From NCBI GenBank assembly GCA_964413275.1, contig CAYPSO010000004.1:2520-66519 (forward strand): a stretch of DNA of 64,000 bases, given 5' to 3'. Under the pieces are notes generated by a model. It saw only the letters and a program-made list of their open reading frames with translations, made no database searches and was not told the origin of the DNA. A program made the translations under genes and the position numbers. Positions 18,510-28,432 of this stretch are shown here, one piece after another (positions within the stretch are counted from its first letter, which is position 1; the number at the start of each line of letters is the position of its first letter). This DNA is from an uncultured bacterium. Lineage in GTDB: Bacteria; Cyanobacteriota; Cyanobacteriia; Cyanobacteriales; JAABRE01.

Positions 18510-19481
18510 ATGAATAAAAATCAGACAGTTCTCTCCATTATTATCCCACTTTATAATGAATCTCAAGGAATAGATTATCTTTTTGAGAGACTTTTTAATG
18601 TCTTAAATAATCTAGAAATTTCCCATGAAATTATTTGTATTGATGATGGTAGTAAGGATAATACCTTGGAATTATTAATTAAATATAGTAATGAAAATAC
18701 CAATATTAAGGTTATTAGCTTATCACGTAATTTTGGTAAAGAAATTGCTTTGACGGCAGGACTCGATCGTGCTTGTGGTGCGGCAGTAATACCAATTGAT
18801 GCTGATTTACAAGATCCTCCCGAACTTATAAACGAGATGCTTAACAAATGGAGAGAAGGTTATGAGGTTGTCTATGCTGTAAGGCAATCACGCCAAGGAG
18901 AAAGCTTTCTGAAACGTTTTACCGCATACGCTTTTTATAAAATAATTGGTGTTTTAAGCGGAGTACCCATTCCCTCTAATACAGGTGATTTTCGATTATT
19001 AGATCGCAAAGTTGTTGAAGCTCTTAAACAAATACCCGAACGTTCTAGATTTATGAAAGGTTTATTTGCTTGGGTTGGCTTTAAACAAACTGCTATATTT
19101 TTTCATCGAGAGCCAAGATTTAAAGGTGAAACAAGTTGGAATTATTGGAAACTTTGGAACTTTGCCATTGATGGGATCACATCATTTAGCTTACTACCCT
19201 TAAAGGTTTGGACTTATATTGGTTTTTTGGTCTCTTTCTTTTCATTACTATATGCTAGTTTCTTACTAATAAGAACTTTGATTTTTGGTGTAGATGTTCC
19301 GGGTTATGCATCCGTGATGGTTTCTGTTTTATTTTTAGGAGGTATTCAGCTATTAACTCTAGGTATTTTTGGAGAATACTTAGGTCGTGTCTATGAGGAA
19401 GTAAAACAACGTCCGCTCTACCTAGTTCGAGAATTATATGGATTTAATTCTGAAAATAAAAAAGAGAAATTAGTTAAATAA
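18510..19481 (+). CDS. GT2 polyprenyl-phosphate glycosyltransferase (GtrB/ArnC/DPM1-like)
   Basis: LSIIIPLYNE, DDGSKDNT and PIDADLQDPPELI (DXD region), plus two C-terminal TM helices as in GtrB/ArnC. Confidence 0.85.
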   Translation: MNKNQTVLSIIIPLYNESQGIDYLFERLFNVLNNLEISHEIICIDDGSKDNTLELLIKYSNENTNIKVISLSRNFGKEIALTAGLDRACGAAVIPIDADLQDPPELINEMLNKWREGYEVVYAVRQSRQGESFLKRFTAYAFYKIIGVLSGVPIPSNTGDFRLLDRKVVEALKQIPERSRFMKGLFAWVGFKQTAIFFHREPRFKGETSWNYWKLWNFAIDGITSFSLLPLKVWTYIGFLVSFFSLLYASFLLIRTLIFGVDVPGYASVMVSVLFLGGIQLLTLGIFGEYLGRVYEEVKQRPLYLVRELYGFNSENKKEKLVK

Positions 19482-19530
19482 TATAGATATATATGTACTT
19501 GTAGTTTGATAAGGTTTAAGGAAAAAAGTC

Positions 19531-20541
19531 ATGAAATATTCACGTTTATTAACATGGGCATTATTTGCAGCAGGCTTCTGGTCAGCCGGATTTATATACA
19601 ATGTTTATATTGGCGGCTATCCTAGTTGGCTGCGAGCTATGTATGGATTAAAAATAACACTAGCTCAAGAAATCGAGCAACCCAAAATTATTATTGCAGG
19701 AGGTTCAGGGGTTCAGTACACTATTAACTCCGATGTCATGGAAGAGGCTTTAGGTATGCCGGTGATGAACTTGGGAACTAACGGAGGAATTGGTTTAAAT
19801 GTTCTACTACCAAGTATTATAGATCAAGTAAATCCGGGGGATATTATACTACTAATTCCTGAGTATCCTTTTCTATTAGATGATGACGGACTAGATCGAC
19901 TCTCAGCAACCTTTGGTTTAGTGATTGGCCGGCCTGGGCTTGGAGGTGTACCTCCCAAGGATTTGGCTCAAAATACCCTGGCTTTAGGTATTCCTTCTTT
20001 ACAAGCACTGGTAAAAACAGGACAAGATTTTGTGCAGGAGGGACGAGTTGATTACTATGGCGATCCCTTAACGAAAAGGGGAGATGCTACTATCGAACTA
20101 ACTCGTCAGGGAAAATGGTGGAAATTATCTATTGACTCTCCGGTTAGCAAACACACTATAGAGAGCCTGCATCAATTTAAAAAGGATGTAGAACTACGTG
20201 GGGGAACTTTAGTATTATCTTTGCCTGTAATTTATGGCAAAAACGACGAAAAAAACCTTAATAATATTCAGAAAACTGCTGATGCCTTATCTGAAGTTGC
20301 TCCTACCCTCTACAATCCTAAAACCCTCAACATTGAAAGCAACTCTGATTTATTTGCAGATACCCACTACCATCTCAAAAAATCTGCTAGGATAATGCGA
20401 TCGCAGCAACTTGCAGAGCAACTTCGAGAAAAAATACCTCAATTTTCATCGATTTCTCAGAAAAATAGTGAATACACAATAGACTTCTTGAATTCGTCAG
20501 GCAATAGGGAACAGGCAAAAGGCAACAGTCTAGGAAATTGA
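19531..20541 (+). CDS. N-terminally membrane-anchored protein; candidate SGNH/DltD-like acyl-transfer partner of the MBOAT
   Basis: One N-terminal TM helix (LTWALFAAGFWSAGFIYNVYI), then IIIAGGSGVQY (Ser59) and the near-C-terminal FADTHYHL (Asp277/His279/His281). The order resembles SGNH blocks I and V. The last about 14 codons are encoded by a heptamer repeat. Assignment is inferential. Confidence 0.35.
   Translation: MKYSRLLTWALFAAGFWSAGFIYNVYIGGYPSWLRAMYGLKITLAQEIEQPKIIIAGGSGVQYTINSDVMEEALGMPVMNLGTNGGIGLNVLLPSIIDQVNPGDIILLIPEYPFLLDDDGLDRLSATFGLVIGRPGLGGVPPKDLAQNTLALGIPSLQALVKTGQDFVQEGRVDYYGDPLTKRGDATIELTRQGKWWKLSIDSPVSKHTIESLHQFKKDVELRGGTLVLSLPVIYGKNDEKNLNNIQKTADALSEVAPTLYNPKTLNIESNSDLFADTHYHLKKSARIMRSQQLAEQLREKIPQFSSISQKNSEYTIDFLNSSGNREQAKGNSLGN
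20499..20526. repeat. Degenerate heptanucleotide repeat (AGGCAAN) inside the 3' end of a CDS
   Basis: aggcaat agggaac aggcaaa aggcaac, which translates as the C-terminal ...GNREQAKGN... of ORF 19531-20541. Confidence 0.7.
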
Positions 20542-20625
20542 TAATTTCGATATTGCTATTTATTACTTTTCTACGAGTGCAAGAGGTCTAATAAACAAAT
20601 AGAAAATATAAAAATGGGACATACA

Positions 20626-21918
20626 TTAAAGTACCCTTAAAACACTAGGAATAGTTTGAATTGCTTCTGAACTTTTAATTTCGGCTAAAGCTTGACGGAA
20701 ATTGCCTTCTTTTACATCATGGGTAACTACCACAATTTCAGCCATGTTATTTTTAAAACCGATTTGAACTACAGACTCTAAACTAACTTGATGATTACCG
20801 AAACAAGTTCCTAAATGACCGATAACGCCGGGTAAATCTGTCGATAGGAAACGGGCATAAAATCTAGTCACAAGTTCTTCTATCGGTTGCATGGTGCAGT
20901 AATGCTGGTGAGAACAACTGAGTAAGGGATCTAAATTGTTGTTTTTACCACTACTTTCGAGAATACCCACAATGTTCATTATATCGGCAACTACCGCACT
21001 GGCTGTAGGCCCTGCCCCCGCACCGGGGCCATAAAACATGACTTGCCCTAAAGGTTCACCTTCCACTAGAATTGCGTTATATACGCCATTAATACTTGCT
21101 AAGGGGTGTTCTTTAGAGACTAAACTAGGATGTACTCTCACCTGTAATTCTTCACTATCTGCATTGGTTTGCTCGGCAATGGCAAGTAATTTGATTTCAA
21201 AACCTAATTTTTCGGCATAGTTAATATCAGTGGCGGTAATTTGACGAATGCCTTCGCAATGTATTTGTTCCCTTTTCACCCTACCTGCAAAGGCAATAGA
21301 AGTAAGAATAGCAATTTTATCAGCAGCATCCCAACCATCGACATCGGCGGTGGGATCGGCTTCTGCATAACCTAAATCTTGGGCTTCCTTGAGAACGACC
21401 GCAAAATCAGTACCATGAGCACTCATTTGAGTTAAAATGTAGTTTGTTGTCCCGTTTACTATACCTATTACTCTTTTAATTCGATTTACACCTAAAGATT
21501 GCTTGAGAGGTTTAATAATGGGAATGCCTCCGCCTACAGCAGCTTCTAACAGTACATATACTCCTGCTTCATTAGCTGCGGTATAAATTTCATCACCATA
21601 ACGGGCAATTACAGCTTTGTTAGCCGTGACAATATGTTTATGATGGGCGATCGCTTGAAGAATTAAACTTCTAGCTGGTTCTAATCCACCCATTAATTCG
21701 ACTATAATATCTATATCTGGATCTGTGACAATAGATTCTAAATCGGTAGTAAGTATATCTGCGGGTAAATCTATTTGACGTTGTTTAGAGAGCGATCGCA
21801 CTCCAGCTTTTTTAATTTTAATTTTCTGTAATAATGGATTACGGCCAGCAGGATTTAATAAAATATCTGTCGTTCCTGTGCCTACCGTTCCTAATCCTAA
21901 TAAACCGATATTATACAT
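20626..21918 (-). CDS. hom: Homoserine dehydrogenase
   Basis: N-terminal NAD-binding GLLGLGTVG, the catalytic-domain pattern NKA...GYAEADPT.DV.G.DAA.K, and a C-terminal ACT-like domain. Confidence 0.9.
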   Translation of the reverse strand: MYNIGLLGLGTVGTGTTDILLNPAGRNPLLQKIKIKKAGVRSLSKQRQIDLPADILTTDLESIVTDPDIDIIVELMGGLEPARSLILQAIAHHKHIVTANKAVIARYGDEIYTAANEAGVYVLLEAAVGGGIPIIKPLKQSLGVNRIKRVIGIVNGTTNYILTQMSAHGTDFAVVLKEAQDLGYAEADPTADVDGWDAADKIAILTSIAFAGRVKREQIHCEGIRQITATDINYAEKLGFEIKLLAIAEQTNADSEELQVRVHPSLVSKEHPLASINGVYNAILVEGEPLGQVMFYGPGAGAGPTASAVVADIMNIVGILESSGKNNNLDPLLSCSHQHYCTMQPIEELVTRFYARFLSTDLPGVIGHLGTCFGNHQVSLESVVQIGFKNNMAEIVVVTHDVKEGNFRQALAEIKSSEAIQTIPSVLRVL

Positions 21919-21942
21919 AATTTTTTACTTAACAATATTTCA

Positions 21943-22431
21943 ATGAATTTAGATCAACAATTAGAGATTATCATTAAAGATGCACCTAAATATGGTGTTC
22001 CTTCTCTTGTAATGCAACAAGCCGTTACTCCTATTCTCAGATTATTCGCAGAACAATTGCAAGCCAAGGAATATTACATTTTGCAAACTTCTGCACAAGA
22101 ATTACTTTTAACTACTTTAACTAATATTGAAAAACCTAACTTAGAAAAAAAGGTTATTTATGCTTTTGCTACTGTAGAAAATGCCCTTAATTTTGAATCA
22201 AAATCTGAGCAAACACTTTATCCTCAACCTATTTTAGTCACAGAACTTTTGTTTCAATTATTTTCTCTAAAATCAGTAGATAGTCTAATTTTTGTTGAAA
22301 AATCTGGAGACTTAAATAAACAAATAGAAGTTAGTCGTAACACTTTACAAAAATTAATAGAAAGTAACCTTGAAAAACTTGTAAAAATAAACAAAAATAA
22401 ATCAAATAATATCCCTCCTAATCTTGCTTAA
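21943..22431 (+). CDS. Hypothetical protein
   Basis: 162-aa ORF with no recognisable motif. It sits 14 nt upstream of the next gene, suggesting co-transcription. Confidence 0.4.
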   Translation: MNLDQQLEIIIKDAPKYGVPSLVMQQAVTPILRLFAEQLQAKEYYILQTSAQELLLTTLTNIEKPNLEKKVIYAFATVENALNFESKSEQTLYPQPILVTELLFQLFSLKSVDSLIFVEKSGDLNKQIEVSRNTLQKLIESNLEKLVKINKNKSNNIPPNLA

Positions 22432-22445
22432 AATCTATTTTTATC

Positions 22446-22922
22446 ATGAACAATGTTAATAAATTCCAATTAATAGATATTTATCCTTGTCCTTTATGTC
22501 GTCGAGGGCAACTAAGGCAAATTGTCTTAATGGATGCTATGGGTTGTAATTTTTGTAATCATATTTTTACAGCTAATTTAGAACAACAAATTCTCACCAT
22601 AGCAGATAATCAATTACCTTTAAGTTGGCGTTGGCATGGGAACAAATGGAAAAATGTTAGAAAAGAAGGAGTAAATATTGGTTTAGGATATTTAATTTTA
22701 GGAACTATTATAGTTTTACTGCCTACTTTTATTATTGCTTGTTCTGTTTATATATTTCCACCATTACCGGGGAGTAGATTATCTTGGTTTCCAATATTTT
22801 GGATTATAGCCACTTTTATAGCTCATTTAACTTGTTTAATTTGGCTTATTTTAGAATATTATCAATTTCCTCTAGGAATTTATCTAAGGGTAATCAATAG
22901 AAGGTTGAGAAATTCTGTTTAG
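22446..22922 (+). CDS. Zinc-ribbon membrane protein (paralog of 37765-38259)
   Basis: YPCPLCRRGQL...GCNFCNHIF (CxxC...CxxC), then WRWHGNKWKN and two or three TM helices. The same architecture and motifs occur in ORF 37765-38259. Confidence 0.6.
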   Translation: MNNVNKFQLIDIYPCPLCRRGQLRQIVLMDAMGCNFCNHIFTANLEQQILTIADNQLPLSWRWHGNKWKNVRKEGVNIGLGYLILGTIIVLLPTFIIACSVYIFPPLPGSRLSWFPIFWIIATFIAHLTCLIWLILEYYQFPLGIYLRVINRRLRNSV

Positions 22923-22993
22923 CAATTAGCTTTTAGCAATTAGCAATTAGCTTTTAGCAATTAGCGATTAGCGATTAGCTTTTAGCGATTAGT
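22917..22993. repeat. Heptanucleotide tandem repeat array, about 11 units of NNTTAGC (reverse complement of the GCTAANN family)
   Basis: gtttagc aattagc ttttagc aattagc aattagc ttttagc aattagc gattagc gattagc ttttagc gattag. The first unit supplies the TAG stop (22920-22922) of the upstream CDS. Confidence 0.9.
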
Positions 22994-23016
22994 TAATAAC
23001 GAATAACTAATAATCA

Positions 23017-24249
23017 CTACGAACCACGAACTATAATTTCTATCAACTGTTCTAAAATTAATGATATATGAGTCCAATGAGTACCACCTTGACAAAATAC
23101 GATATAAGGCTCTCGTAATGGCCCATCAGCCGACAATTCTGAGGTACTACCATCAATAAAAGTACCACCTGCCATAACTAACTCACTCTCATAACCCGGC
23201 ATCGGCGCAGGTACAGGATCGAGATATGAGCCAATGGGAGAATATTGCTGAATTTGACGACAGAAAGCAATTAATTTCTCCTTTGAACCTAATTTAACTC
23301 CCTGAATTATATCTCTACGGGGTAAAAAAGGTTTGGGATTGACTTCATAACCCAATTTATCAAATACGTAGGCGATTAAATGACTACTTTTGATGGCTTC
23401 TCCTACCATTTGAGGAGCAAGAAATAAACCTTGGAATAATAAACGATTTTGGTCAAAGGTTGCGCCTCCACTACTACCAATTCCGGGGGCAGTTAAACGA
23501 CAGGCTGCCATTTCTACAAATTCTGTTTTGCCCGCAATATATCCTCCTGCGGTGACAATTGTTCCCCCTGGATTCTTAATTAATGAGCCAGCCATTAAAT
23601 CTACACCCACTGCCGTAGGTTCTTTTGATTCAATAAATTCTCCATAACAGTTATCGACAAAACAGACTGTATTAGGGTTTTGCTTTTTAATAATTTCAAC
23701 AATTCGAGCAATTTCTGCAATAGATAAACTAGAACGCCAAGAATAGCCACAGGAGCGTTGAATTAAGGCTAAACGGGTATTATTTTTAATAGCAGTTTCT
23801 AGTCCTTCCCAGTCAATAGTACCTTGCTCAGTAAGTTCTAATTCTCGATAGGAAATCTTAAAGTCTGCTAAACTGCCTTGATTTTCGCCTCTTAAACCAA
23901 TAACTTCTTCTAAAGTATCATAAGGTCTTCCGGCTACAGCTAACATTTCATCTCCGGGCCTGAGAATACCATATAAAGCAGAGGCGATCGCATGAGTACC
24001 AGAAACAAATTGCACTCTAACCACCGCACTTTCTGCCCCCATTACTTCTGCATAAACTCGATCTAAAATTTCCCTACCTAAATCATCATGACCGTAACCA
24101 CTGACACTGCTAAAATGATGTACTCCGACTTTATGTTGAGAAAAAGCATTTAATATTTTTTTAAGATTTGTCTTAATTTGACCATCTATAGAAGCAAACG
24201 TAGGCAATAAAGCTCTTTCTGCTTCTTCAATCAATAATTTAGTATCCAT
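23017..24249 (-). CDS. YnbB / aluminium-resistance-family PLP-dependent protein (Cys/Met-metabolism lyase-like)
   Basis: The N-terminal pattern ...KILNAFSQHKVGVHHFSSVSGYGHDDLGRE... and overall length are typical of this family. Confidence 0.65.
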   Translation of the reverse strand: MDTKLLIEEAERALLPTFASIDGQIKTNLKKILNAFSQHKVGVHHFSSVSGYGHDDLGREILDRVYAEVMGAESAVVRVQFVSGTHAIASALYGILRPGDEMLAVAGRPYDTLEEVIGLRGENQGSLADFKISYRELELTEQGTIDWEGLETAIKNNTRLALIQRSCGYSWRSSLSIAEIARIVEIIKKQNPNTVCFVDNCYGEFIESKEPTAVGVDLMAGSLIKNPGGTIVTAGGYIAGKTEFVEMAACRLTAPGIGSSGGATFDQNRLLFQGLFLAPQMVGEAIKSSHLIAYVFDKLGYEVNPKPFLPRRDIIQGVKLGSKEKLIAFCRQIQQYSPIGSYLDPVPAPMPGYESELVMAGGTFIDGSTSELSADGPLREPYIVFCQGGTHWTHISLILEQLIEIIVRGS

Positions 24250-24410
24250 AAACTAATTTCAAATAATGATGTAAATAAGTGTAAAATTAAATACGGTCTT
24301 GGGAAAAAATTGTTGCTTTTCATGCTAACCATAATTAAAACGACCTTAATTAAAACATGGGAGTGTCACAATCTCCAAGACAGGTTTTTAAATTCAGATT
24401 CGGGTAACTA

Positions 24411-25226
24411 ATGACTGTTGCAACATCAAATAAACTAAGTCTCGATTGGGCGATCATTGTATATATGGCTACAATTCACCTAATAGCCTTACTGGCTGTG
24501 TTTCCTAGTAATTTTAGCTGGGGTGCAATAGGAGTAGCTTTTGTGCTGTATTGGATTACAGGTGGATTAGGGATAACTTTGGGCTACCATCGTTTAGTAT
24601 CCCACCGTAGTTTTGAAGTCCCTAAATTTTTAGAATATTTTTTCGTTCTCTGTGGTACTCTTGCTTGTCAAGGTGGGCCTATTGATTGGATTGGTTTACA
24701 TCGTATTCATCATAAATATTCAGATACTCAACCTGATCCTCATGATTCTAATAAAGGGTTTTGGTGGAGTCATATGGGTTGGATGCTTTATAATGTACCT
24801 GCTCAAACTGATGTACCTCGTTACACTAAAGATATTTGTGACGATCCTGTTTATCAATTTTTCCAAAAATTCTTTATCCCTATTCAAGTTGTCCTAGGAT
24901 TACTTCTTTATTGGTGGGGGGGTTGGCCCTTTGTAATTTGGGGGATTTTTGTCAGATTGGTTGTGGTATTCCATTTTACTTGGTTTGTTAATAGTGCTAC
25001 CCATAAGTTTGGTTATCAGAGTCATGAGTCAAACGATCAATCAAAAAATTGTTGGTGGGTTGCTTTATTGACCTTTGGTGAAGGTTGGCACAACAATCAT
25101 CATGCTTATCAATATTCTGCTCGTCATGGCTTACAATGGTGGGAAATTGATATAACTTGGATGACTATTAAGTTGTTACAATTATTTGGCTTGGCTAATA
25201 ATATTAAACTAGCACCCAAAAACTGA
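24411..25226 (+). CDS. desC: Acyl-lipid delta-9 fatty acid desaturase
   Basis: Three histidine boxes: HRLVSH, HRIHHKYSD and GEGWHNNHHAYQYSARHG. Four TM helices. Confidence 0.9.
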   Translation: MTVATSNKLSLDWAIIVYMATIHLIALLAVFPSNFSWGAIGVAFVLYWITGGLGITLGYHRLVSHRSFEVPKFLEYFFVLCGTLACQGGPIDWIGLHRIHHKYSDTQPDPHDSNKGFWWSHMGWMLYNVPAQTDVPRYTKDICDDPVYQFFQKFFIPIQVVLGLLLYWWGGWPFVIWGIFVRLVVVFHFTWFVNSATHKFGYQSHESNDQSKNCWWVALLTFGEGWHNNHHAYQYSARHGLQWWEIDITWMTIKLLQLFGLANNIKLAPKN

Positions 25227-25232
25227 ATTAAT

Positions 25233-25274
25233 AGTTATTGGTTATTGGTTATTGTTTGTTAGTTATTTGCTATT
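25233..25274. repeat. Heptanucleotide tandem repeat, about 6 units of (A/G)GTTATT-like
   Basis: agttatt ggttatt ggttatt gtttgtt agttatt tgctatt, immediately after the desC stop. Confidence 0.75.
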
Positions 25275-25452
25275 TATCCAGTTGAAATAACAGTTAATAA
25301 ACAAAAATAAAATTTCTGCTAATAACTAATAACTTTCAATTCAATTATTTAAGTTAACTAGCTAGCATTTACTGATTATTAAAAATAATAAAGTTATGGA
25401 GCAGGCATTACACCTGCAAAAAAAGATAATTTCTTTGAGAATTCCAATCAAA

Positions 25453-25968
25453 TTACGTTACTGACTTGGGCAACTTACGAAAGTTTTTAGAATATATTTC
25501 TATCTCAAGATTATTATCTTCTCGACTAACTAAAGAGCGTCTCACTTGACCTAAATATAAAGGCTCAGTTATCCCATCTTGGGAATGTAATAAAGTCCTT
25601 ACCCTAACAGTTAATAAATCGTCTGCTACACCGCCTCTACCAGTAGAAAATAGATCGTTAACTGCCTGTTTTAAAGTTGCTTCTACTTGATTTTCAGTAA
25701 CTTGAGGAGCGATATTCACCACAGCTTGATTAGCTCCGTTATCATAAACTAAACCATAACGTACTGCTCCGGGGATAGTAGTTTTAGCAAATAAACCCAA
25801 GCTTAAACCAAATAAGCCAATAGTTAATACACCTAAAAAACTAGTTATCCCCACTAAACGAAAACGTATTCCCCACTGTAAAATAAAAGCAAGAATAGTT
25901 AAGACTAAGCCGACAACAGTTAAGATAGCTGACCATTTTGTATAACTTAAAAAACCAGATTCAATCAT
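25453..25968 (-). CDS. Ycf51-like membrane protein (DUF2518-type)
   Basis: Two N-terminal TM helices (LQWGIRFRLVGITSFLGVLTIGLFGL) and the soluble-tail pattern LVYDNGANQ...YLGQVRR, recalled from cyanobacterial and plastid Ycf51. Confidence 0.5.
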   Translation of the reverse strand: MIESGFLSYTKWSAILTVVGLVLTILAFILQWGIRFRLVGITSFLGVLTIGLFGLSLGLFAKTTIPGAVRYGLVYDNGANQAVVNIAPQVTENQVEATLKQAVNDLFSTGRGGVADDLLTVRVRTLLHSQDGITEPLYLGQVRRSLVSREDNNLEIEIYSKNFRKLPKSVT

Positions 25969-26000
25969 TATTATTCTAAATTTATTTACAATTTATTAGT

Positions 26001-26459
26001 TTACAAGTATTTTTCCATTTTATATCTTTCAAAAGATACTTCTCCATATTTAACAGTTTCCATGGCTATAATTGAAAAACCGCATTTTTTGAATAGTGGT
26101 TGAGAAAAAAAACTGGCTTCTGTATAAAATCTTTTTATATTTTGTTCTATACCTTTTTGTAGCACATAAAGAAGAATTTTTTGACCATAACCTTGACGAT
26201 AAAAAAGAGGATTTACATATAAAGAAGCAATATGACCATTATTTTCTAATCCACAAAAAGCAATGATTTGATTTTGCTCTTGGATGAGATATGTTTTTGG
26301 TACAAAAATAAAGTCTTTAAACTTAGATTCATTATCTGGAGAAGCTGACCAAGCGGCTACTTGCTCCTGAGAATAAAGTAAAGGAGCAATTTTTCTTACT
26401 GATTGACGATATATATCCACTAATATAAGATAATCTTCTTCAGTAGCCAATCTAAACAT
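26001..26459 (-). CDS. GNAT-family N-acetyltransferase
   Basis: 152 aa with the acetyl-CoA-binding motif YRQGYGQKILLYVLQKG (R/Q-x-x-G-x-G/A). Confidence 0.75.
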   Translation of the reverse strand: MFRLATEEDYLILVDIYRQSVRKIAPLLYSQEQVAAWSASPDNESKFKDFIFVPKTYLIQEQNQIIAFCGLENNGHIASLYVNPLFYRQGYGQKILLYVLQKGIEQNIKRFYTEASFFSQPLFKKCGFSIIAMETVKYGEVSFERYKMEKYL

Positions 26460-26545
26460 AATTATTGTTAATTTGGATTGCTTATTTAAGAAGGGTAATT
26501 ATTGATGATAATATATTCTATCAAATTACCCAATCTTAGAGTTGT

Positions 26546-27511
26546 TTAACTTCTTTGAACTTCTGCAAAAATTTCTGCTAAAATCTCTTGAGCGCCTTGT
26601 TGTTTGAGCAGATTAGCTAAATCAATTCCTAATTTTTCTGCGTCTTTTCTATCTCCACTAACTTCATCTTTAATTAATCTCTGACCATCTAAACTAGCAA
26701 CCATTCCAGTTAAGCTTAAGGTATCCCCTTCTATACTGGTATTAACTCCAATAGGTACTTGACAACCACCTTCTAATTCTCGTAAAAACGATCTTTCGGC
26801 ATAACAACGATCTCTACTTTCAGAATGTTCTAAAACTTTTAATAAGGTTAATATATTCTCGTCACCTTCTCTACATTCAATACCTAATGCACCTTGTCCC
26901 ACTGCGTGTAAACTAATCTCAGGAGGAATAACCTGATGAATGCGATCGCCAAAATCTAGTCTTTGTAACCCTGCTACTGCTAAAATAATGGCATCATATT
27001 CTCCTGCATCTAATTTAGCTAATCTAGTATTAACATTACCCCGTACATCTTTAAATTCTAAATGGGGAAAATGATGGCGTAATTGAGCTAATCTTCTTAA
27101 AGAAGAAGTACCAATTACTGAACCTTCTGCTAAAGTGTCTAGTTGCTTATCTTTATGCTTTTCGTTAACTACTAAAGCATCAGCAGGATTTTCCCTTTTT
27201 GTGACGCAGCCTAGCATTAAACCTTCAGGCAAATTAGTCGGTAAATCTTTTAAGGAATGGACGGCTAAATCAGTTTCCTTACTAAGCATTCCTACTTCTA
27301 ATTCTTTGGTAAATAAACCTTTATCACCAATTTTAGCCAAAGGTACATCTAAAATCTTATCGCCTTGGGTACTCATTTTTTCTACCTCAAATTCAATCTC
27401 AGGAAAATGCTTTTTTAACTCCCCTTGTACCCAATAAGTTTGAACTAAGGCTAATTGGCTTTTACGAGTACCAATGCGTACTGTGCGTTGAGATGTACTT
27501 GCAGATGTCAT
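26546..27511 (-). CDS. hemC: Hydroxymethylbilane synthase (porphobilinogen deaminase)
   Basis: [37 protein letters not shown] and the cofactor-Cys region EGGCQVPIG. Confidence 0.95.
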   Translation of the reverse strand: MTSASTSQRTVRIGTRKSQLALVQTYWVQGELKKHFPEIEFEVEKMSTQGDKILDVPLAKIGDKGLFTKELEVGMLSKETDLAVHSLKDLPTNLPEGLMLGCVTKRENPADALVVNEKHKDKQLDTLAEGSVIGTSSLRRLAQLRHHFPHLEFKDVRGNVNTRLAKLDAGEYDAIILAVAGLQRLDFGDRIHQVIPPEISLHAVGQGALGIECREGDENILTLLKVLEHSESRDRCYAERSFLRELEGGCQVPIGVNTSIEGDTLSLTGMVASLDGQRLIKDEVSGDRKDAEKLGIDLANLLKQQGAQEILAEIFAEVQRS

Positions 27512-27688
27512 ATATTCTCTCTATATAATTATATTAAAGGACTCGATCTAGAGTACCGTAGTGTTACACCCCAAGTTCATTTTTTTTTTGTTCTTTTTCT
27601 GAAACTTTACATATATTTACAATTCAAGATGGTAACTATGGAAAGATAGAAGAAAGAAGAAAGGTAATTTTGACAAAATTTTAAATGT

Positions 27689-28432
27689 ATGCAAGATAAA
27701 TCTATTGATAATACTAATGTAACTAAACCCATAATCATTAGATTAGAAGAAATTACTAAAATCTATGGTCAAGGGGCAACTACTGTTAACGCACTTGCAA
27801 ATGTTAATTTAATTATACAACAAGGTGAATATTGTTCTATTATGGGGGCTTCTGGTTCGGGTAAATCTACTTTGATGAATATTATAGGCTGTTTAGATCG
27901 TCCTACTTCTGGCAGATATTACCTTGATAATCTTGATGTTTATTCTTTGAATGATAATCAATTAGCGGAAATTCGTAATTTAAAAATTGGTTTTGTTTTT
28001 CAACAATTTCATCTTTTACCCCAAATGACTGCTCTAGAAAATGTGATGTTACCGATGGTTTATGCAGGGATTAACCTCACAGAAAGAAAAGAAAGGGCTA
28101 CTGTTGCCTTAGAAAAAGTAGGTCTGGCTAATCGTCTTATTAGTAAGCCTAATCAGTTATCTGGAGGACAACAGCAAAGAGTCGCCATCGCCCGTGCCAT
28201 TGTCAATAATCCTGTTATTTTATTGGCAGATGAACCAACAGGTGCTTTAGATTCTCATACTACTCAAGAAGTTTTAGAGATTTTTACCGAATTAAATATC
28301 AATGGCATGACAGTAATAATGGTCACCCATGAAACTGATGTTGCTAAAGTTTCTCGGCGTATTGTTTGGTTTAAAGATGGTGAAATAGTCCACTCAAATC
28401 TTACTCCAGAGGAATTATCAGTTACTTATTAA
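27689..28432 (+). CDS. ABC transporter ATP-binding protein (MacB/LolD/DevA-type)
   Basis: Walker [11 protein letters not shown]-loop, signature [14 protein letters not shown] and Walker [13 protein letters not shown]. There is no adjacent permease gene. Confidence 0.85.
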   Translation: MQDKSIDNTNVTKPIIIRLEEITKIYGQGATTVNALANVNLIIQQGEYCSIMGASGSGKSTLMNIIGCLDRPTSGRYYLDNLDVYSLNDNQLAEIRNLKIGFVFQQFHLLPQMTALENVMLPMVYAGINLTERKERATVALEKVGLANRLISKPNQLSGGQQQRVAIARAIVNNPVILLADEPTGALDSHTTQEVLEIFTELNINGMTVIMVTHETDVAKVSRRIVWFKDGEIVHSNLTPEELSVTY

